From positions 73,617-137,616 of the forward strand of contig JAQTRS010000002.1 of NCBI GenBank assembly GCA_028711705.1: DNA of 64,000 bases. The letters run 5' to 3'. Numbering within the stretch: the first letter of the stretch is position 1; each line of letters begins with the position of its first letter. This stretch comes from Candidatus Moraniibacteriota bacterium. Its GTDB lineage: Bacteria; Patescibacteriota; Minisyncoccia; Moranbacterales; UBA1568. Of this stretch, positions 56,992 through 64,000 are shown in pieces. The translations under genes were made by a program, and so were the position numbers. Below the pieces are notes generated by a model that was not told the origin of the DNA, did no database searches, and saw nothing but the letters and a program-made list of their open reading frames with translations.

Positions 56992-57606
56992 ATGAATGAA
57001 AACAACCCGAATACTGATAGTAACGGTAGCACGGTAAAGGCATGGCTTGAGGACAATCTTCGCGTTCTCTTGAGCATCCTTATCGTAGTGGCTATCGCTG
57101 GAGGAATTTACTCTTATTCCAAGCGATCGCAGGCACCGACAGTTACCGATATCGCGCAAGATAGTCAGGATTCTCTGCTCGAGCAGTTCGCATCCGATCA
57201 GGAAGGATCAAGCGAGATGAAGGCAGTGGATGAAGCAGACACAAAAGATAGCGCCGTATCAGGAGATAAGCAGGTAACATCGGTCGCGACTGAGACGAGC
57301 AAGGAAACAGAAAACTCCTTCATTGAATCTGCGAAGCGAGGCGATGGAGTGACTCATCTTGCAAGACGCGCCACGGCCAACTATCTCGAGAAGAATCCAG
57401 ATTCCACGCTCACTCGTGAGCATAAGATCTATATCGAGGATTACCTCCGAAAGAATGTCCAGAAGAAAAACGGATTAGCGATCGGATCATCGGTCGAATT
57501 TCAGAAAGACCTGATCAAGGGCGCTATCGAAAAATCCAAGCAGCTCAATGACAAGCAACTTCAGAATCTGAAAAAATACTCTGCACGCGCACCGTCACTC
57601 AAATAA
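56992..57606 (+). CDS. hypothetical membrane-anchored protein
   Basis: MNENNP... with one TM (LLSILIVVAIAGGIY), an acidic linker, and a C-terminal ~90-aa domain. GGAAGGAAGG precedes it and the ORF is open from 56983. Confidence 0.4.
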   Translation: MNENNPNTDSNGSTVKAWLEDNLRVLLSILIVVAIAGGIYSYSKRSQAPTVTDIAQDSQDSLLEQFASDQEGSSEMKAVDEADTKDSAVSGDKQVTSVATETSKETENSFIESAKRGDGVTHLARRATANYLEKNPDSTLTREHKIYIEDYLRKNVQKKNGLAIGSSVEFQKDLIKGAIEKSKQLNDKQLQNLKKYSARAPSLK

Positions 57607-57661
57607 AAGGTATTTGAAAAACAGAAGCTCTGTCTGGAAAAGAAGCCCATAGTACATGCAT

Positions 57662-57690
57662 AAAACCCCGCAACGCGGGGTTTTATGCTG
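57662..57690. terminator. bidirectional rho-independent terminator
   Basis: AAAACCCCGC-AAC-GCGGGGTTTT sits between convergent genes. Confidence 0.6.
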
Positions 57691-57714
57691 TTTTGCTTTC
57701 GTGGCGCTCTTTTA

Positions 57715-58731
57715 TCATTTCGACTGACGTTCTATCCAGAAGAAAAATATGCCCGTCAAAACAATAAGGCCAGCGAGCGTCATCAGCTTTTCCAGCGCAT
57801 CCGCATGCAGAGCTATCGCCGCGATGATGATCGTGATGCCATACAGGAAGAGCGTGATGGAAAGCGATGACCAACCGATCCCCCGCAATCGATGGTGCAG
57901 ATGACGCGTATCGGCAGCGAAAATAGACACTCCGGAACGTAGTCTGTCGAATACCACCCACACCGCATCCAGAAGCGGAAGAGCCAATACCAATACCGCC
58001 GTCGCGATTTTCGTTCCGGAAAACAAGGCCAATACCGCCAGCATGAAACCCAAAAACCATGACCCGCTCGTCCCGGCGAAAATCCTGGCCGGGTAGAAAT
58101 TAAAAAGAAGGAATCCTAGGCTTGCTCCGGCAAGCGCAAGAGAGAAAATGGCCACCGGAGGCTGATTGACTTCCGGCCGAAGACTGAGAAGAAACACGGT
58201 CGAAAATCCGATGAATGCTATGCCTCCACACAGACCATCGATTCCATCCGCCCAGTTCACGGCATTCATCACCACGATGATCCATGCGACGGTAACGATG
58301 AAGCTCACACCGAGCATCCAGCCTGCATCGAAAAAGATAGCTTCCCCGAAAGGATTGGTGAGCGACAGTATGCGGATGCCGAAAGCGAAGGCCACGGCGC
58401 CCGCGAGCATCTGGGCCATAAGCTGCGACTTCCACGAGATTTCTTTCATATCATCGAGCAGACCGACGATAAGTATCAGCATCGAAATGCTGATTACCCC
58501 CCACCAAGAAGTTGTCAACACCAGATGACTGTTCAGAAACAATGTCACCAAAAAAGAGATGACCAATGCCGCACCACCGAAACGCAGTATCCCTCGCTTG
58601 TGATCATGACGCGCCCCATGCCGCGCTTCCTTGGGACGGATACGCCAAAAAATAATCTGTACAAGCACGATGCATGCTATGGAAAGGAAGAACGCAATCA
58701 AGAAGGGCGAGAGGTAAAACGAAGCATCCAT
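57715..58731 (-). CDS. polyprenol-phosphate N-acetylhexosamine-1-phosphate transferase (MraY/WecA glycosyltransferase family 4)
   Basis: MNAVNWADGIDGL is the NxxNxxDGxDGL motif, HLHHRL is also present, and the protein has ~10 TM segments. Confidence 0.65.
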   Translation of the reverse strand: MDASFYLSPFLIAFFLSIACIVLVQIIFWRIRPKEARHGARHDHKRGILRFGGAALVISFLVTLFLNSHLVLTTSWWGVISISMLILIVGLLDDMKEISWKSQLMAQMLAGAVAFAFGIRILSLTNPFGEAIFFDAGWMLGVSFIVTVAWIIVVMNAVNWADGIDGLCGGIAFIGFSTVFLLSLRPEVNQPPVAIFSLALAGASLGFLLFNFYPARIFAGTSGSWFLGFMLAVLALFSGTKIATAVLVLALPLLDAVWVVFDRLRSGVSIFAADTRHLHHRLRGIGWSSLSITLFLYGITIIIAAIALHADALEKLMTLAGLIVLTGIFFFWIERQSK

Positions 58732-58763
58732 ATACCGATATACTATTTCTTAAGTTCCTTTGG

Positions 58764-59165
58764 CTAATAATTGATAAAGGCGATGCTGGCGCACGCGAAC
58801 ACCGATCCCAAACTGATCAGGATGGATGTCAGCAGCAGCACATAGGAAGCGATTCTTTCTTGCTGCCCATAGAACCACTGCGCCAACAGTGTATTGATGA
58901 TAACGAATACCAGGACGATAGCCGGAATCATGAATACCTGCCCCCACTCCCCGATCAGATCGACACCGAAATAGACATTATAATGCAATATCACTATGGA
59001 TTGCTGCGAGCGCACGAAAATCGCCAATAAAACCGCTCCGATAATCTGCAGTATACCCGACGTCAACAGCGAAAAGCGTACGAGCGTATTATGATAAAAA
59101 GTATGCACATCACCGAGTATGCCACCCCTTACCAGATCCGTTAAAATGTGTCTCCCCTTTTTCAT
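58764..59165 (-). CDS. hypothetical small membrane protein
   Basis: 133 aa with 3-4 TM segments. Confidence 0.3.
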   Translation of the reverse strand: MKKGRHILTDLVRGGILGDVHTFYHNTLVRFSLLTSGILQIIGAVLLAIFVRSQQSIVILHYNVYFGVDLIGEWGQVFMIPAIVLVFVIINTLLAQWFYGQQERIASYVLLLTSILISLGSVFACASIAFINY

Positions 59166-59170
59166 GTGCC

Positions 59171-60241
59171 TTAATCTTCAATGTTCTCAGCTATTGCTAT
59201 CTCTCCCAATTTTGTCCGCTCCAATTGCTCGGCCACCCGCTCCAATCGCTTATCAGCCTCTTCATACTTATTCTTGGCATTATTGAGGTGACCGCCCAGC
59301 ACCTCGAATTCGCGCGAAAAACGCTCGTATTCACGTCCCAACTTATCCAGATGCCCCATGATTTCCTTGGCGCGTTTCTCGATCTGAAATCCCTGGAGCC
59401 CCAAAAGGATGGTACGCATATAGGCATAGAACGAGTTGGGCGAAACGGGCACCACCTTTTTCTGATAGAGATACTCCACCAGACTCTTCTCGTCGCCATC
59501 GCGCACGATCAATTCGTAGTACACGTTTTCCGCGGGGATATACATGAGTGCGAAATCGAGTGTCCCTTCCTCAGGCACGATATATTTCTGTGCGATCGCA
59601 TCTACATGCTTTTTGACATCATTATAGAACACGCGGCGATATTGTTTGCGTTCCTCGTCGGAATTCGCTTCGATCAATTTGCGGAAATTTTCCAGCGGGA
59701 ATTTCGAATCGATACTGATAGATCCACCCTTAAGTTTTATGAACGCATCCACGATCTCGCCGCTCTTGAAGATATGCTGTATGGAATAATGCTCTTTGGG
59801 AAGCATCTGCGAAAGAAGGTCTTGCAGCATAAGCTCGCCGAAGCCACCCCGCATTTTCGGTGATTTCAAAATTTCCTGAAGCGAAGCTACCTCCTTGCCG
59901 ACCTCGAAAATCTGCTGACTCGACTGACGGACTTCCTCGAGCGCTGCGCGTACCTGAACGAATGACTGCGTAGCGCCGTCGAGTCGTTGATCCAAACGGG
60001 TGGTATTGTCGCGAAGACGGCTATCGATGGTATGCTGCAGATTGCCGAGCTGGTGGATAAACGAGGTGGAAAACTGATGCATCTGCTCCGCGACCCGACG
60101 ATCCAAAACATCCATTCGCGAGAAAAGTTCCTGTTGAGAATCGGGGCCCACACCGGGCAAAAGCTTGTCTCGGAACAAAAAAAACGCTATACCAAGCACG
60201 AGTATAGCCAAAAAAATACCGATGAGAATGAATAAAGACAT
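59171..60241 (-). CDS. rmuC: DNA recombination protein RmuC
   Basis: An N-terminal TM and coiled coil, then a C-terminal nuclease-like region with FALMYIPAENVYYE (compare the RmuC motif F..MF.P.E..Y.E). Confidence 0.7.
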   Translation of the reverse strand: MSLFILIGIFLAILVLGIAFFLFRDKLLPGVGPDSQQELFSRMDVLDRRVAEQMHQFSTSFIHQLGNLQHTIDSRLRDNTTRLDQRLDGATQSFVQVRAALEEVRQSSQQIFEVGKEVASLQEILKSPKMRGGFGELMLQDLLSQMLPKEHYSIQHIFKSGEIVDAFIKLKGGSISIDSKFPLENFRKLIEANSDEERKQYRRVFYNDVKKHVDAIAQKYIVPEEGTLDFALMYIPAENVYYELIVRDGDEKSLVEYLYQKKVVPVSPNSFYAYMRTILLGLQGFQIEKRAKEIMGHLDKLGREYERFSREFEVLGGHLNNAKNKYEEADKRLERVAEQLERTKLGEIAIAENIED

Positions 60242-60289
60242 AGTTGCTGATATATTGGTTTGTATATGTTCGGCGGCCGCTTTTGCTAC

Positions 60290-60892
60290 CTACCTTTTTA
60301 ATCCGGCGACGAATCGCTTCAATTCGGGAGCTTTGTTGATAATTTCTTGATGAGAGTGCTCCAAAAACTCCATCAGGAACCGATCCATCATGTTCAAACG
60401 GTATTGCAGCTCCTCGTTGTTCATCAGGACGAAACGGATATCCCGCCCGATTTCCGCCTCAAGGTAGCTCATAGCCGATTTGAGCTTCGCGCGATTGACA
60501 TTATTGACCACCAAGATCATATCCGCCTTGCTCTTGGCGTAATTGAGGAAAACGCCGCTCACCAGCACCAGTTTCACCTCACCGATAGAGCTCAATTTCT
60601 GAAACGCCTTCGACTGCGCATCGATATCGGACTTCGAAAACAGGCCCTTGAGCTCGATATAGAATGGGAACTGCGTATTTACCACGATGACCTTCTTGTT
60701 TTTCTTGGTGCGCTCGTTGACGAGCTTGATTTTCTTGAGCAGTGTGAGCTCCTTGGTCGCTTCAGCCTTTCGTAGAAGCGTCTTCTCCAACAGATCCTCG
60801 AAGGAAAACTCTTTTTCTGAATTCAACAGCAGTAAACGCAACATCCGTACCCGCGATTTCGATCCGAACAGTACTTCAAAAATATCAGCCAT
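60290..60892 (-). CDS. hypothetical protein with N-terminal winged-helix-like segment
   Basis: SKSRVRMLRLLLLNSEKEFSFEDLLEKT resembles ArsR/MarR-type wHTH. The rest is unassigned. Confidence 0.3.
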   Translation of the reverse strand: MADIFEVLFGSKSRVRMLRLLLLNSEKEFSFEDLLEKTLLRKAEATKELTLLKKIKLVNERTKKNKKVIVVNTQFPFYIELKGLFSKSDIDAQSKAFQKLSSIGEVKLVLVSGVFLNYAKSKADMILVVNNVNRAKLKSAMSYLEAEIGRDIRFVLMNNEELQYRLNMMDRFLMEFLEHSHQEIINKAPELKRFVAGLKR

Positions 60893-61065
60893 AGCTTTTT
60901 CATCAATCTACCTTGCTTTTTATTAAATGTTTTTCCGAGAAGATCGTTCTCTTTTTCCTCTCTATGGGGTATTATATACCCAAAAGCACCTTGTACGCAA
61001 AGTTTTTTCAGGAAGCTCGGCTCAGCTGAAATGATCCGGCATTTTATGGTATACTATAGAAGGCT

Positions 61066-63318
61066 ATGACACGTACAAAAAACGATCTTATAAAACCACT
61101 ACAGAAAATTGAGATTTCCGTTACCGAGATTCTTATCGCCGGCGATGGATCGCTCAAGCCATATATACAGACATTCCATCATGAGCCCGAAAATATCGCG
61201 CTTCAGCCGCTCGGGTCTGTTTTTGGTATCTTCGAAATCGAGGACCACAGCGAAGATTCAGCCTATATCGTCAACTTTCTCGCCTCCGTCGTCAAAAAAG
61301 AATACTTCTCACACCCCAAGCGTGCCGCTATCGAAAGTCTTGAAGCAACTCTCCATAAGATCAACCTCGCTCTTTCGGAGCTCATCAAGCAAGATAATAC
61401 CGCCTGGCTCGGCAAACTCAATGCGACACTATGCGTATTCGAGAAAAACAATGTCCACTTTTCCGTTTCCGGTAAAGCCAAGACACTGCTCGTGCGGGGC
61501 GGGGTTTTGAGCGATATCAGCGACGGCCTCGCCGAGGAATCCAATACTCATCCACTCAAGACGTTCACGGAAGTTTCCAGCGGACGATTGAAGTCCGACG
61601 ACAAGGTTATCCTCACGACGCCTGGTCTTTTCGAGCTGTTTTCCCCTCAAGAACTCCAGAAAAACGCGAAACGATTCTCCAATGAGAAATTTTCACAATT
61701 CCTCAAGACAGCACTCGTCAATCAATTGCTCTTCGGAGGCACGCTCATCATAGATATCGCCGAAGCCGATTGTAAGGAACCGATTCTCAAAAAATCGACT
61801 TCTTCCTCGGTAAATGTCCAAGATATCCCGAACGCTTTCAGTCAGTCCGCTTTTTCGGCGAAGAAGTCGCCTGCCGCAGCGCGCGATATCGCGCTTCAGA
61901 CACCGCTATCGGAACTGATAAATGAGACGCTGCCGGAAAATGACTATACGGATTCTAAAACCGGCCATATCTATGTACAGGGTGATGTGCCGGAAGTGGC
62001 ATCCAATGAGACATGGATACATATCCAATGGGTTACCGAGGAATTGTTCGAGACATTCATCTCCGAAACGAAAAAGCTTTCGACTCGGTGCTTCAAAAAT
62101 GTGCGGACTTTTTTTGAGAAAAGGCCGCTGCCAGCCCATACTAAACCGAAGTCTGAGGCAGATGCGTACGCTCAGGAGCCTTTGGAAAACAAATCCCTTC
62201 GATATGCATCATCCGATCAAGAATCATCTCTCGCCGTCCGATCATCCTTCAAGGATTCCTTCTCCCTCCTGTGGCAGCGCATACGATCATTTTTGCAGGG
62301 TACTGTCGCACTCAAAAATATCCCACGAACAATAGCGCCGATCCTCCGGAAGATTCCTCGATGGGGAGCCATCCGACAGGAATTCTCACGACTTAGCCCT
62401 ACACAGAAAAAATACGCGATCGCCGCGCTTGTTTCCATATTCATCATCCCCTTTCTCATTATCAAACTCCAGGGACCGTCCAAGGCTGTGAGCATTCCTG
62501 TTGAGGAAAAAGCTCCCATAGCAACACCCGGACCGCTCTCCTCAGACAAGAACACTCATTTCATTGCCTCCACCCAATCCGTACTGACGAATAATGCCGT
62601 CATCACCACACTGCTCCTCAAGGACACGCTCTTTGCCGTCACCAAAAACACCGTCGTCAATCTCGAAGATCCGAAAAAAACACAGGCCTATCCGTTACCG
62701 GAAGCGTATGGCGCAAGCATTATCCGTGCGACCGCCATGAACGACTTAAACGTTATTTTCCTCCTTACCGATACCGGCAAGATCATTTCTTTCACACCCT
62801 CCAATCACGCTTTCACAGAGAACCATATCACGCTTCCCGATGCCTCGCACATCACCGATATGGCAACCTACCTCACCTATCTCTATATCCTGGACAGCAA
62901 AAGCGACACCATTCATCGCTATCCGCGTTCCGATGGTGGTTTCGGAGAGGATTCGCTCTGGCTCAAGGAAACGGTCGCTATCAACGACACCGATACGATG
63001 GCCATCAACGAAGATCTGTATCTCACGCAAAACGACCATCTCATAGCCTTCAACAAAGGCAGACGCGACCCTATTTCTATCGAGGACTCTGCCACACCCA
63101 TCATCTTCTCGGAAGTCTTCACTCAAACGGATACGCAATTCCTCTATGTCCTCGATGCCGTCAACGGTAGACTGATCCAGTTCGAAAGGTCTGGCGCCAT
63201 CGTCAATCAGTACGCGCAAGATAAGATCAAGGAATCCTCATCCATCACCGTTGATGAACAAAACCGTAAAGCCTATTTCACCACGTCATCCGAAGTCTTC
63301 TTGATAGCTCTTGACTGA
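61066..63318 (+). CDS. large membrane protein with degenerate PP2C/SpoIIE-like N-terminal domain and C-terminal beta-rich domain
   Basis: The N-domain order, GSVFGIFEIEDHSEDSAYIVNFLASVV ... LHKINLALSELI ... LNATLCVFEKNNVHFSVSGKAKTLLVRGG, parallels the PPM/SpoIIE layout (GDVSGHG..AA..MA..l ... FaTl..a.ld ... AGHpp.l..r.g), but the metal-binding Asp positions are not conserved. A TM helix sits near aa 440-460. Confidence 0.4.
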   Translation: MTRTKNDLIKPLQKIEISVTEILIAGDGSLKPYIQTFHHEPENIALQPLGSVFGIFEIEDHSEDSAYIVNFLASVVKKEYFSHPKRAAIESLEATLHKINLALSELIKQDNTAWLGKLNATLCVFEKNNVHFSVSGKAKTLLVRGGVLSDISDGLAEESNTHPLKTFTEVSSGRLKSDDKVILTTPGLFELFSPQELQKNAKRFSNEKFSQFLKTALVNQLLFGGTLIIDIAEADCKEPILKKSTSSSVNVQDIPNAFSQSAFSAKKSPAAARDIALQTPLSELINETLPENDYTDSKTGHIYVQGDVPEVASNETWIHIQWVTEELFETFISETKKLSTRCFKNVRTFFEKRPLPAHTKPKSEADAYAQEPLENKSLRYASSDQESSLAVRSSFKDSFSLLWQRIRSFLQGTVALKNIPRTIAPILRKIPRWGAIRQEFSRLSPTQKKYAIAALVSIFIIPFLIIKLQGPSKAVSIPVEEKAPIATPGPLSSDKNTHFIASTQSVLTNNAVITTLLLKDTLFAVTKNTVVNLEDPKKTQAYPLPEAYGASIIRATAMNDLNVIFLLTDTGKIISFTPSNHAFTENHITLPDASHITDMATYLTYLYILDSKSDTIHRYPRSDGGFGEDSLWLKETVAINDTDTMAINEDLYLTQNDHLIAFNKGRRDPISIEDSATPIIFSEVFTQTDTQFLYVLDAVNGRLIQFERSGAIVNQYAQDKIKESSSITVDEQNRKAYFTTSSEVFLIALD

Positions 63319-63381
63319 TTCTCCCTAAAAACAACTCTTATAAAAGGCTGCTTGCAAGAGTTCTGCGAGCAGCCTTTTTTA

Positions 63382-63867
63382 TTAGTTTACACAATCGATA
63401 ATCACCACGTTTGAAGTCAGGCTGTAGGTAATCGTGACGCAAGCCCTCCAGTTCCCATATGCGATATCGACCTTTATAGCGCTGGCTCCCGCTATCATCT
63501 CTGCGGGTTCTTCAATAACCTCGTCGATTCTTTGAACCGCAAGGCCGCTCAATCGTGAGCACAACTGTTGTCGCCGCATCATTTCCGTACAGGCGCTTTT
63601 TTTTGGAAAACCATCCTCGTAAAACCTTGCATAAAACACCTCTGCGGCAGTGGTATTTTTCATCTGGAACACGAAGTCGCCATACAACTTATGCCAAACG
63701 GTATGCCGAACATCAGCATCAAGCCTCGCAGCCTGGATGAACCGCGCAAAGCCTTCGCCATCGCCAGTTCGTTTCCTGCAAAAATCATGCAGCATCCCTA
63801 AGACATTCATTGTCCTGTCTCTTTGCACCCTCTCTGAATCACTTTCATTTTTCATGGTACACCTCAC
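63382..63867 (-). CDS. hypothetical protein (possible small HD-like domain)
   Basis: 161-aa ORF. MLHDFCRKRTG weakly resembles the HD-domain LHDIGK motif. This is low confidence. Confidence 0.25.
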   Translation of the reverse strand: MRCTMKNESDSERVQRDRTMNVLGMLHDFCRKRTGDGEGFARFIQAARLDADVRHTVWHKLYGDFVFQMKNTTAAEVFYARFYEDGFPKKSACTEMMRRQQLCSRLSGLAVQRIDEVIEEPAEMIAGASAIKVDIAYGNWRACVTITYSLTSNVVIIDCVN

Positions 63868-64000
63868 TCAACACCCGAAACAATACCCATCATATTCCCA
63901 CCCCCATAAGGAGTGTTCTTCTCACAGCCTACAACACAGGAAGTTTTCGGTCAAGCAAGGGCTACATCAACCGATTACGCTCAAGGATTTCGCGGTTGAC

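Overview
This 64-kb window is a bacterial chromosome fragment with compact gene packing, mostly on the minus strand. Several traits suggest a CPR/Patescibacteria-like lineage, but this is unproven: no rpmD (L30) between rpsE and rplO, K/A-rich extensions on several ribosomal proteins, and an insertion in S12. The backbone is the str-S10-spc-alpha ribosomal superoperon, all on the minus strand. The str segment runs rpsL-rpsG-fusA (29087->25871) and tuf (18781->17576). The S10-spc segment runs rpsJ-rplC-rplD-rplW-rplB-rpsS-rplV-rpsC-rplP-rpmC-rpsQ-rplN-rplX-rplE-rpsZ-rpsH-rplF-rplR-rpsE-rplO-secY-adk-map (17438->4874). The alpha segment runs infA-rpmJ-rpsM-rpsK-rpsD-rpoA-rplQ-rplM-rpsI (47379->43024). 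Other translation genes present are tsf-rpsB, rpmG, rpmB, rpmE-prfA-prmC, uppS and a polyprenyl synthase. Ten tRNA genes lie in three clusters: Asp; Met-fMet-Ile; Ala; and Thr-Tyr-Thr-[rpmG]-Trp-Glu. There is no rRNA, no CRISPR array, and no transposase or integrase. Accessory content is the most interesting part. (1) About 6.7 kb is inserted between tuf and fusA. It carries a 1135-aa GH18-like/CE4 deacetylase/GT2 synthase fusion with a secreted partner, plus a D12-class (Dam-like) DNA methyltransferase translationally coupled to a putative restriction endonuclease. (2) A conserved ~90-nt hairpin-forming spacer element sits between tRNA genes at three sites. (3) Two tandem 50-bp copies of a degenerate tRNA-Thr 3'-half abut tRNA-Thr(GGT). 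(4) An orphan prepilin peptidase sits next to a Cys-rich 'CDP'-repeat acidic surface protein. (5) An SOS-response-associated peptidase (YedK-like) gene is broken by a -1 frame change in an A6 run. (6) A 67-aa histone-H1-like KKAV-repeat protein lies next to a ~780-bp AT-rich non-coding tract. (7) A 750-aa membrane protein has a degenerate PP2C/SpoIIE-like N-domain. (8) MscL carries a C-terminal zinc ribbon. RNA-gene and signal coordinates are hand-derived and may be off by a few nucleotides.
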